Below are positions 41,291 to 50,221 of a stretch of DNA of 64,000 nucleotides, one piece after another; position 1 is the stretch's first letter; every line of letters starts with the position of its first letter. Position numbers and translations under genes: made by a program. This stretch comes from Vulcanimicrobiota bacterium. Lineage in GTDB: Bacteria > Vulcanimicrobiota > Vulcanimicrobiia > Vulcanimicrobiales > Vulcanimicrobiaceae. The notes below the pieces were generated by a model. The model was not told the origin of the DNA. It searched no databases and saw only the letters and a program-made list of their open reading frames with translations. Where the stretch lies: contig CAWCIZ010000003.1 in NCBI GenBank assembly GCA_963795855.1, positions 448,001 through 512,000 of the forward strand, in the 5' to 3' direction.

Positions 41291-42362
41291 TTAGGTCTCA
41301 CGGCTCGCGCCGTATTTGGAGTTGAAATACCGGTGAATTTCGGGATGGTCGCGCAGCGTCTGCAGCGCGCACTCGGCGTGTCCGGCCGCGTAGCCGTTGC
41401 CGATGATCATGGTCACGTCTTTGCCCACGCCTTCCGCACCGAGCGCGGCGGCGGTGAACGACGTCGACATCGAAAAGAAATAGACGGTGCCGTTCTGTTT
41501 CGTGCACAGAATCGAAGCAAGTTCGGTTCCGGGAACGTTGACGCAGTTCACCACCAAGTCGGCCAGATCGGGCGCCGCGTCCGACATGCGTTGCGATAGC
41601 GAGAGTGCGTCGCGCGCGTCCGCTTCGATCAGCGCGTCGACGTAGCCGCTGCGCGCGAGCAGGCTGCGCCGCAGGCGTCTGTGCGTCCGGCGCTATCCCG
41701 ATCACGCGGCCGTGCGGGCCGGCCTGCGATTTTGCTTGCGCGCAGGAAAGCATGCCCGATTTGCCGTCGGCGCCGATGACGACGACCGTCATGCCGGGCT
41801 TGGTCATGCGCCGCACCTGCGCGGGCGCGCCCGCTACGTCGAGAACGGCGAGCGAAACGTTGTCGTCGATATCATCCGGAAGCCTGGCCCAAAGACCGGA
41901 TTCGAACAAGATCGCTTTGCCGCGTATCCAAACACGGCCCGTTTCCACGTCGACGTGCGTCACCGACTCCAGATACAACGGCGTGAGCGTCAACGAGACG
42001 AGCGACGCGATGCGGTCGCCGGCGCGCACACCGGCTTTGTCGCGCAGACGCTCGCCAATCTCGAGCACGCGCCCGATGAACATGCCGCCGCTGCCGGTGA
42101 CGGGGTTGTGCTGTTTGCCGCGCTCGCGAACGATGTCCGCGATATGCACCGCGATACGCTCGGCGTCGCCGTCGCAGCAATCGCGAATCTGTTTGAAGGA
42201 TGCGGAGTCGACGTTCAGCGTTTCCACGTCGCAGAGAATCTCGTTGTCGAACGCGACGGGCGTGTTGTCGATCTTGCGCGCGTTCTGCGGCATCGCCCCC
42301 GGCGGATCGATGACGCGATGCGTGCCGAGCGCATCGGCGCCGCGATTGGAAGCCACGGTCAT
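41291..42362 (-). CDS. kdd: L-erythro-3,5-diaminohexanoate dehydrogenase (frameshift near 41660)
   Basis: GTHRVIDP, LNVDSASF, RGKQHNPVTGSGGM, SLVSLTLTPL, LDVAGAPAQ, FFSMSTSFTAAALGAEGVGKD. Confidence 0.88.
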
Positions 42363-42844
42363 TGAACCGAGATGCCTCCGCGCTCGAACGGCGTCGACAA
42401 AACGATCGTGGTCTTCGTGCGTGCCATGCCCTTCACGGATTTCAGACGCGAGAGCAGCGAGTCGAGATGACCCGTCGAACGCGTCATCACTTTGAGCACG
42501 AAGGACTCCTCGCCGGCCACGCTGTGCACTTCGAGGATCTCCGGCATGTCCGCGAGCGTGCGCGTGAACTCGTCGTAACTGCATTCGGGCGCCGTAAAAC
42601 AACTCACGAACGCGACGAGTTCCAATCCGAGAAGTTTGCTGTCGAGCTGAGCGGAGTATCCGCGTACGTAGCCTCGCGCCTCGAGCCGTTTGACTCGGTC
42701 GTGAACGGCCGGGGGCTTGAGACCGACGATGGAACCGAGCTCGGCAAAGGTCGAGCGCGCGTTGCGCTGCAACGCGTCGAGCAGGCGAAGGTCGAGATCG
42801 TCGACTTCGCCGGATTCGATTGCAATATTCGCTCGTTTTTCCAT
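42359..42844 (-). CDS. Lrp/AsnC family transcriptional regulator
   Basis: DDLDLRLLDALQRNAR...VHDRVKRLEARG; EVHSVAGEESFVLKV. Confidence 0.93.
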   Translation of the reverse strand: MEKRANIAIESGEVDDLDLRLLDALQRNARSTFAELGSIVGLKPPAVHDRVKRLEARGYVRGYSAQLDSKLLGLELVAFVSCFTAPECSYDEFTRTLADMPEILEVHSVAGEESFVLKVMTRSTGHLDSLLSRLKSVKGMARTKTTIVLSTPFERGGISVQ

Positions 42845-42937
42845 ATGTCCGAAAGAATCCCCGGTTAAAATACTATACCACCGACGATTTATTCGGGCAA
42901 GAGTTCGGGCTCAAGGGCGCCGAGGCGCTCGCTCGAA

Positions 42938-44582
42938 ATGCGCGCCATGCGAAGGACGCTCGCCGCTCTCGCGCTTGCCGCCACGGCTGCCTGCAGCGGC
43001 CCGCATCAGGGCGGTGCGCCCGCTCAGAGGCCTCGCGCCGCGAATTCCCTCCGCTTCGATCTCGCCGCGGACCCGGCCAATCTGAATCCGCTGTTCCTGC
43101 ACCAGGACGCGGCCTCGGTCGAGCAGCAAGTCGCACGCTTGGCTTTCCTGCCGTTTCTCGATCTCGACTCGCGCGGACGCTTCATACCTGAACTCGTCAC
43201 CCGGGTGCCGACCGTCGCGAACGGCGACGTATCCGCCGACGGGCGCACGATTATCTACCATCTTCGTCCGAACGTGCGCTGGAGCGACGGCCTACCGGTG
43301 ACCGCGAACGACGTGCTTTGGACGCTGCACGCCATCATGGATCCGAATACGCCTGTGCCGTCGCGAGAAGGGTACGATCTCATCGATCGGGCGTATGCGA
43401 AAAGCCCGCATACCGTCGTTTTTCATTTGAGACACGCCTGGGCGCCGGCGGCTACGACGTTTTTCTCCTACGGTTTCCGGCCGCAATTCGTCTTGCCGTC
43501 GCACGTTTTGAGCAAGCAGATTCCTCTGGCGCAGGCGCCGTTCAATGCCGCGCCGACCGTGGGCGACGGTCCGTTCACGTTCGTCTCGTGGAAGCGGGGC
43601 GAATCGCTGCTGTACCGTGCGAACACGCGGTATTGGCGCGGCACGCCGCACGTGCAGCGGCTCGACATCCGCGTGATTCCCGATCCGCAGACGAATTTGG
43701 TGATGCTGCGATCGGGACAACTCGACTGGAATCTCATCGCGCCCGTGCAGCAAGAAACGCTTTACGGCGCGCGCGGCGTTCGGTACGCATACGTATCGAC
43801 CGCGGTCGTCGCCGGCCTGGTGTTCAATCTTTCACATCCGCCGCTCGACGACGCGCGTGTGCGCCGCGCCATAGCGATGGGCATCGATCGCCAAGGTATC
43901 AGCAAGAAAATCACGCTTGGGCGCTACCCGGTGACGAATGCGATCCAGCCGCAATTCTCGTGGGCGTACGATCCGGCCGTCAAAGAACCGGGATACGATC
44001 CGGCGCGTTCCGATGCGCTTCTCGATGCTGCGGGTTGGCGCCGGTCGCCGAGCGGCATGCGTGAGAAAAACGCCAAGACGCTCGCGCTGGTGTACGTGCA
44101 GTTCCCGGAGTCGATGACGGGCGTGCGCGTCGCAACGGCCGTGCAAGCGCAACTCCGCGATCGGGGCATCGCGGTCGAAATAAAATCCGTCAGCAACGCG
44201 CAGACTCTTTCTGCCTTCCTCGCGCGGCGGCACGCTCGCCGCGGGGCAATTCGACATGGCGTACGTTCCCTTCACGATGGGATCGGATCCAGACGATTCG
44301 TCGATCCTCGCGTGCAATGCGCCCTCGAACTACATGCGCTACTGCAGCGCGCAGGTCGACGCGTTGGAGAAGGCGGCGCTTCGCGCCGTTTCCACGAGCG
44401 TCCGCAAACGGATTTACGCCCGGATAGAACGCCTGGTCGCGCTCGACTTGCCGATCCTGTATTTGTTCAACGCCGATTACATCTATGCGTACCGCGCGCA
44501 ACTGCGCGGGTTCGCACCGAACGCATTTCTGCCGACGTGGAATGCAGCGCAATGGTCAATCGCCTCATCGCCCGCTGGGTGA
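42938..44582 (+). CDS. Peptide ABC transporter substrate-binding lipoprotein (family 5; frameshift near 44205)
   Basis: Lipobox TAAC; LNP; LRPNVRWSDG.PVTANDV; GDGPF; DARVRRAI; LDAAGW. Confidence 0.88.
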
Positions 44583-44742
44583 GACCAAGGAAAAGCCTTG
44601 CATGCGCGTCGTCGGCGAGCGTGTCGAAGGTCCGGCAGAGGCCAAATTTTCGCTGATACTCGGCTGCGACGAGTTGCAAGGCTTCGCTTCGGGATACAGC
44701 CGCAAGCGGGTAACGGCGCGCGCTTCCCGAATTTTTTGCGGC

Positions 44743-45273
44743 ATGTTCGTCCGTGACGCGATAAGCTTCATCTTCGGGAACATCCAGATACCGCTGCTCG
44801 TCATCGCCGTTATCGTGACCATCGTCAAGCTGCGGCGCGCCAACGCCCGCCACGAGGTGATGAGCGCGGGCTACACGCTGTGGGGCGAGGTCCTGTTCTA
44901 CTGCTTCGGGCTGGGCATGGTATACGCGTGGTACTTTCACGCATTCCAGGCGGCGCGCGTCGCCCCGAGCATCGGCTGGCAGCCGAGTCCGTTCGAGTGG
45001 GAACTCGCGTGGGCGGAACTCGGAATTGCAGCGATCGCGCTGCTTTCACTGTGGCGCGGTTACTCCATGCGCCTGGCGGCGACGCTCGTACCGGCGATAT
45101 TTTTGTTCGGCGCTGCGGCGCAGCACATTCACTTGATGCTTGCCGCACACGATTACGCGCCGGGCAATGCCGGCACGATCGTGTGGTTCGGCGACATCGC
45201 GCTGCCGCTCTTTACGTTGCTGCTGGCATTTGTTTCGCGCGACGCGTACGAACGAACCGTCCGCCGGCACTAA
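44743..45273 (+). CDS. Hypothetical integral membrane protein (DUF6790-like)
   Basis: Several TM helices; SIGWQPSPFEWELAWA, HIH, APGNAG. Confidence 0.65.
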   Translation: MFVRDAISFIFGNIQIPLLVIAVIVTIVKLRRANARHEVMSAGYTLWGEVLFYCFGLGMVYAWYFHAFQAARVAPSIGWQPSPFEWELAWAELGIAAIALLSLWRGYSMRLAATLVPAIFLFGAAAQHIHLMLAAHDYAPGNAGTIVWFGDIALPLFTLLLAFVSRDAYERTVRRH

Positions 45274-45286
45274 GAAAACTGGCTGG

Positions 45287-46690
45287 TCACACGGCCTTTA
45301 CCGCGGCGGTCAACGCGTCGACGGTGGCTTTTGCGTCGCCGAAGAGCAGGGCGGTTTTCGGATTTTCGAACAGCGGATTTTCGATGCCCGCGAAACCGGA
45401 GCGCATCGAACGCTTGAGCACGACGATGTTCGCCGCTTGATCGGCGTTGAGGATCGGCATTCCGTAAATCGGCGACGACGCGACGTTTCTGGCAGCGGGG
45501 TTTACGACGTCGTTCGCTCCGATGACGAGCGCAACGTCGGTGCGCGGGAACTCCGGGTTGATGTCGTCCATGTCGTAGAGTTGATTGTACGGAACGTTCG
45601 CCTCCGCGAGCAGCACGTTCATGTGCCCGGGCATGCGCCCCGCGACCGGATGAATCGCATACTTCACCGTCACGCCGCGTTTTTCGAGCTGATCGGCGAG
45701 TTCGCGAACGCTGTGCTGCGCTTGGGCGACCGCCATTCCGTATCCCGGTATGACGACTACTTGACTTGCGTACGCGAGCATGACGGCGACGTCGTCGACG
45801 GTCGTGCTGCGAACTTGCTGCGCGCCGCCGCCGGCGGCGGCCACTTCCGTTCCGCCCGCGGCGCCGAACGCACCGAACAACACGTTGGTGAGCGGACGAT
45901 TCATCGCTTTGCCCATGAGCACCGTCAGCAGCGTACCGCTCGCGCCGACCAGCGATCCGCTGATGATCAGCAAATTGTTGTCGAGTTCGAAACCGGTAAT
46001 CGCGACGGCGACGCCGGTGAACGAGTTGAGGAGCGAAATCACGACCGGCATGTCGGCGCCGCCGATCGGGAGCACGAACAGCACGCCAAGGACAAGCGCC
46101 GCGCCGAGCATTGCGAGGTACGCCCATTGCGGAAGCGCGCCTTGCATCACGATCAGCCAGCCGCCGAAGCCGACGATCGCCAGCGCGACGGCGGCGTTCA
46201 CGACTTGCTGTCCGGGATACGTGATCGGACGCCCCGTCATCAACTCTTGCAGTTTGAGAAACGCAATGATCGAGCCGGCGACGCTGAGCGAGCCGATGAT
46301 CGCGCTCAGCACGAGCGAAACGATGACGATCCACCCCATTCCGGTGTGCGGCGATACGAAATACTCGATCGTCGAAATGAGCATCGCGGCGCCGCCGCCC
46401 GCGCCGTTGAAGAGCGCGACCATTTGCGGCATCGCCGTCATCTTCACCTTGAGCGCGGAAAAGACGCCGATAACGGCGCCGATGACGACGCCGATGAGAA
46501 TCGCCCACCAGCCGGCGGCGTGCGTGGAAACGAGAATTGCCGCGAGCGCGAGCACCATTCCGAGCATCGCGACGCGGTTCCCATGACGCGCCGTCGCGGG
46601 CGAACTCAAATAGTGCAGGCCGAGAATGAAAAGAGCGAACGCGAGGATGTCCGCGAGGTCGACGAAGGTGACTTGGCCGATCGCGGTCAT
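45287..46690 (-). CDS. pntB: NAD(P) transhydrogenase beta subunit
   Basis: MTAMPQMVALFNG, IGGADMPVVIS, PGYGMAVAQAQ, HPVAGRMPGHMNVLLAEA, GANDVVNP. Confidence 0.97.
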   Translation of the reverse strand: MTAIGQVTFVDLADILAFALFILGLHYLSSPATARHGNRVAMLGMVLALAAILVSTHAAGWWAILIGVVIGAVIGVFSALKVKMTAMPQMVALFNGAGGGAAMLISTIEYFVSPHTGMGWIVIVSLVLSAIIGSLSVAGSIIAFLKLQELMTGRPITYPGQQVVNAAVALAIVGFGGWLIVMQGALPQWAYLAMLGAALVLGVLFVLPIGGADMPVVISLLNSFTGVAVAITGFELDNNLLIISGSLVGASGTLLTVLMGKAMNRPLTNVLFGAFGAAGGTEVAAAGGGAQQVRSTTVDDVAVMLAYASQVVVIPGYGMAVAQAQHSVRELADQLEKRGVTVKYAIHPVAGRMPGHMNVLLAEANVPYNQLYDMDDINPEFPRTDVALVIGANDVVNPAARNVASSPIYGMPILNADQAANIVVLKRSMRSGFAGIENPLFENPKTALLFGDAKATVDALTAAVKAV

Positions 46691-47001
46691 TTCTTGGCAG
46701 TCTCCTTCTTCTTGAACATCTGCAGCATGCGTTCGGTGACGGCGAAACCGCCGAATACGTTAATCGTGCCGAGCGCCGTAGCGACGATCGCGAGAATCGT
46801 GAACAGCAGATTGGACTGAGCGTGGAACACGCCCGCCACGATGACGATAGCGCCGACCAGCACGACGCCGTGAATCGCGTTCGTCGCCGACATCAGCGGC
46901 GTATGCAGCGTCGTCGGCACTTTCGATATTACCTCGAATCCAACGAAGATCGCCAAAACCAAAACGGTGAGCAAACCGAAGAATTCCGTCAAATGGATCA
47001 C
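46687..47001 (-). CDS. pntAb: NAD(P) transhydrogenase alpha subunit, membrane part
   Basis: VPTTLHTPLMSATNAIHG, NVFGGFAVTERML. Confidence 0.95.
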   Translation of the reverse strand: MIHLTEFFGLLTVLVLAIFVGFEVISKVPTTLHTPLMSATNAIHGVVLVGAIVIVAGVFHAQSNLLFTILAIVATALGTINVFGGFAVTERMLQMFKKKETAKK

Positions 47002-48143
47002 GATGCTGCTCCTGCTCCGAGTGCGTCGAGCGTGGGTTTGTGCACGATTTCCCCGCTGCGGACGATCGTCGTGCCGCGCACGATTTCGTCGTCCATGTCC
47101 AGTGCGAGGGCGTTATCTTTCACGAGCACGCCGAGCAGCGCGTTGACGTTGCGTGAGTAGAGCTGCGAAGCATGATAGGGCATCGTCGACGGCAGGTTTG
47201 TTTGGCCGAGTATCTGCACGCCGTTCTTCGAGTAAACGGTTTGGTCGCGCTGCGTGAGCGCGCAGTTTCCTCCGGCTTCGGCCGCCAAATCGACGATGAC
47301 CGATCCGGGACGCATCGCCGCGACCGCTTCTTCGGTGATGAGCACCGGCGCCCGCCGGCCGGGCACGAGCGCCGTCGTGATGACGACGTCGGACGCGCCG
47401 ATTGCGTCGACCATGAACTGCCGCTGCTTGTCGAGCTGCTCGGGCGTTAGTTCCTTCGCATATCCGCCCGCGGCCTCGGCATCGACCCCGAGATCGATCT
47501 CGAGAAACGCTGCGCCCAAACTCTGCACTTGTTCCTTCACCACGGCGCGCGTGTCGTAGGCGCTCACGACGGCGCCCAAGCGCCGCGCAGTCGCGATTGC
47601 CTGCAATCCGGCAACGCCCGCTCCGAGAATGAGCACCTTCGCGGGCGGTATAGTTCCCGCGGCGGTTGTGAGCATCGGAAAGAATTTCGGCAGCGTGAGC
47701 GCGCCGAGCAGCACGGCTTTGTAGCCTGCGATATTGCTTTGCGAGCTGAGCGCGTCCATGCTTTGCGCACGCGTGATGCGTGGGATCGCGTCCATCGAAA
47801 GCGCCGTGATGCCGGCGTTCGCGAGCGTCTTGACGTATCCGGGATCGCCGAGCGGCGCGAGCAGCGCGAGCAGCACCGCGCTTTTCGGCATCGCGCCGAG
47901 AATGTCGTCCGCGGGGCGGCCAACGGTGACGACGAGATGCGCGTCGGAAAGCAACGCGGCCGAATCATCGACAATCGATGCTCCGGCCTGCGAATACAAT
48001 TCGTCCGGAAATGCGGCGCGTTCGCCGGCGCCGCGCGCGACCTTGACGACGGCGCCCGCCTTTACGAGTTTAGCGACCGTTTCCGGTACGAGCGCAACTC
48101 GCGCTTCGTTCGGCGCCGCTTCACGAGGGACCGAAACGTTCAT
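46998..48143 (-). CDS. pntAa: NAD(P) transhydrogenase alpha subunit, dI
   Basis: PRITRAQSMDALSSQ, GAGVAGLQA, GGYAKE, DLAAEAGGNC. Confidence 0.96.
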   Translation of the reverse strand: MNVSVPREAAPNEARVALVPETVAKLVKAGAVVKVARGAGERAAFPDELYSQAGASIVDDSAALLSDAHLVVTVGRPADDILGAMPKSAVLLALLAPLGDPGYVKTLANAGITALSMDAIPRITRAQSMDALSSQSNIAGYKAVLLGALTLPKFFPMLTTAAGTIPPAKVLILGAGVAGLQAIATARRLGAVVSAYDTRAVVKEQVQSLGAAFLEIDLGVDAEAAGGYAKELTPEQLDKQRQFMVDAIGASDVVITTALVPGRRAPVLITEEAVAAMRPGSVIVDLAAEAGGNCALTQRDQTVYSKNGVQILGQTNLPSTMPYHASQLYSRNVNALLGVLVKDNALALDMDDEIVRGTTIVRSGEIVHKPTLDALGAGAAS

Positions 48144-48183
48144 GCGGGCGCACGTTCAGCGCCCGTATGCGCAACCCTGCGGC

Positions 48184-48570
48184 CTAGTGCAGCAGCGGAA
48201 GCAGCAGCGCCAGAATTGCGGCAAACAGCGCCGCACCGCCGACGTGCACGACATGCTGCCGGTGCAGAACGCGATCGCCGCCGAAAAACGCGTTTAAAAA
48301 GTCGGCGAGAGAAATGACCAAACACGCAGCGACGGTAACGAGCAGCACGTCGCCCGCGCCGCGCAGCGAGGCCGCCAGCAGTATCGCACCGAGCGCGCAG
48401 TCGCGGACGCCGGTCGCGCGTACGAAGACGGCCGAACTTTTCTCCTCGATGGGCATGCCGAAGCTCTGCGCGAGCGGCGCGGGAAACGCAAGACCGAGTA
48501 CGCCGACCGCGAGCAATCCGGCTCCGGCCGCGTCCGACAGAATCGCCGGCAGCGAGTCTGGGCCGATCAC
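48184..48570 (-). CDS. DUF4267-like membrane protein
   Basis: FG.P...FVRATGVRD..LG...ADF...HVVH pattern; GTG start overlaps the FAH stop. Confidence 0.65.
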   Translation of the reverse strand: MIGPDSLPAILSDAAGAGLLAVGVLGLAFPAPLAQSFGMPIEEKSSAVFVRATGVRDCALGAILLAASLRGAGDVLLVTVAACLVISLADFLNAFFGGDRVLHRQHVVHVGGAALFAAILALLLPLLH

Positions 48571-49409
48571 GTAATGAAGATCGCGTTGCGCAGCGTGCCG
48601 ATTTTTTGAATCGATACTTCCACGACGTCGCCGTGCTGAAAAAATTCCGGCGGCGTGCGCGCGAAACCAACGCCGTCCGGCGTGCCCGTCGCGATGACGT
48701 CGCCCGGCTCGAGGGTCATGCCGCGGCTCAGGGCGGCGATGATGCGCGGAATGCGAAAGATCATCTGGCCCGTATTCGCTTCTTGCTTTTTCTGACCGTT
48801 GACGCGCAACGAGATCTGCAGACGGTGCGGATCGCCGATTTCCGCGGCGTCGACGATCCACGGCCCCATCGGACAGCTCCCGTCCAAACTTTTCCCCTTC
48901 AGCCATTGCAAGTGCGACCGCTGCAAATCGCGTGCCGTGATGTCGTTCAAGCACGTGTACCCGAAAACCGCGTCGAGCGCGGTTTCTTCGGTCGCGTCTT
49001 TCACGCGTTTGCCGATCACGACGGCGAGCTCGCCCTCCCAATCGTATTCGCGCGAAATCGCGGCTTGGAACTGCAGTTTCGCGTCGGGGTCCGCGATGGC
49101 CGTCGGCGCTTTCGAAAAGAACGTCGGGACCTCGGGAAGCTTCAGCTCTCGTCCCAAAGCGCGCGCGCCTTCTTTTGCGTGCTCCAAATAATTGCGCCCG
49201 ACGCAAAAGATGTTTTTGCGCGGACGTACCGGTGCGGCCAATTGCAGATCCGCGACGGGAAGGCGCTCGAGCGTCCGGCGCTGCGCGCGATCCGCCTCGT
49301 CCATCGCTATGTACTCGACGAGTGAATCGCAAGCAATGACGGTGATGCAGTCTCCATCGAGAACGCCCGGGCGAACGCGATCGCCATCGTAAAAGCTGAC
49401 GTATTTCAT
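48567..49409 (-). CDS. Fumarylacetoacetate hydrolase family protein
   Basis: CVGRNYLEH, DWEGEL, NDITARDLQ, GKSLD, GDVIATGTP. Confidence 0.93.
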   Translation of the reverse strand: MKYVSFYDGDRVRPGVLDGDCITVIACDSLVEYIAMDEADRAQRRTLERLPVADLQLAAPVRPRKNIFCVGRNYLEHAKEGARALGRELKLPEVPTFFSKAPTAIADPDAKLQFQAAISREYDWEGELAVVIGKRVKDATEETALDAVFGYTCLNDITARDLQRSHLQWLKGKSLDGSCPMGPWIVDAAEIGDPHRLQISLRVNGQKKQEANTGQMIFRIPRIIAALSRGMTLEPGDVIATGTPDGVGFARTPPEFFQHGDVVEVSIQKIGTLRNAIFIT

Positions 49410-49415
49410 ACAGCG

Positions 49416-49628
49416 CTACCGCCGTCGCGTTAGGTGCCACCCGCCGCAATGCCTGCACTCGTACGCGGTCAGCGCGTCGCCCATGCCGTTCGTCAGCGCC
49501 ACCGCGCGGGCGTACTCCTCGGATTCGTACGCGTCTTTGGAACGGCAGCTGCGCTCGACGTTCGCGCCGGGATCGTCGAAGAACGCAATGCGCGGTTTAG
49601 GGCTGTGGGGACGGCGTCGGTTTGGCAA
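49416..49628 (-). CDS. Small putative zinc-finger protein
   Basis: SCRSKDAY...AYECRHCGGWHLT (C...CxxC..H); start uncertain. Confidence 0.6.
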   Translation of the reverse strand: MPNRRRPHSPKPRIAFFDDPGANVERSCRSKDAYESEEYARAVALTNGMGDALTAYECRHCGGWHLTRRR

Positions 49629-50154
49629 GTGCGCGCTTTACGGCGGCGTTGATGTCGGGTAAATGTTTGGCGCTCTCAGCTTGCCGGTGCTTTTCCTGCG
49701 CCTTGATCCGCGCGTACGCTTCTTCGGTCTCGCGTTTGGCGGCATCCACCATCTTCGTCGCGGCGCCGCTGTCATTGCCCCAGTTTCCACCTTTGGAGAC
49801 TAGTGCGATTTGCCGCGACACGTTGTGCGTGTGCGGGTCGTAGTTGTAGTTCACGCGGAAAATCCCGACCTGTGCGGTTCCGTCGGGGCGGCGAATCCAC
49901 ATCTGCAGCGCGTTCCCAATCGTCATCGTGTCGAAGACGGAGTCGTGCGAGAGTTCGCCGCCCTTCACGCGCACGACCTGACCGCGTTTGTTGACTTCGA
50001 CGAGAATGCTCGAGTGCAGCGGCCGGTTCGGCATATTGGGCGTCGGAATAGGCGCGGGCGTCGCGGCACCCGCGGCCAGGGCTCCGGCCGGCGCGGCGAG
50101 CACGCAGACCGCGAATGCGAACGCGCGCCGTGTAGAAATCTTCATCGTCGCCAT
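49597..50154 (-). CDS. Hypothetical secreted protein
   Basis: Signal peptide, PTP linker, short domain and C-terminal helix. Confidence 0.6.
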   Translation of the reverse strand: MATMKISTRRAFAFAVCVLAAPAGALAAGAATPAPIPTPNMPNRPLHSSILVEVNKRGQVVRVKGGELSHDSVFDTMTIGNALQMWIRRPDGTAQVGIFRVNYNYDPHTHNVSRQIALVSKGGNWGNDSGAATKMVDAAKRETEEAYARIKAQEKHRQAESAKHLPDINAAVKRALAKPTPSPQP

Positions 50155-50221
50155 AGTTTGGTACGAGGCGGCTTTACCCCGCCGGGGCTGCGGCGTCCGG
50201 GCGTCGAAGCCGCGGGCACCC

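Noticed and set aside
44467..44705. Possible small helical protein on the minus strand (LAAVSRSEALQLVAAEYQRKFG...)
   Set aside because: Overlaps the 3' end of the peptide-binding gene by more than 100 nt antisense and has no SD; unresolved without a homology search.
45140..46819. 559-aa + strand ORF; similar long shadow ORFs at 52390-54441(-), 11370-12935(-), 50174-51691(-), 10098-11351(-)
   Set aside because: Antisense to clearly recognisable genes (pntB, polA, rne, macroglobulin-like), Arg-rich and motif-free; expected in high-GC DNA.
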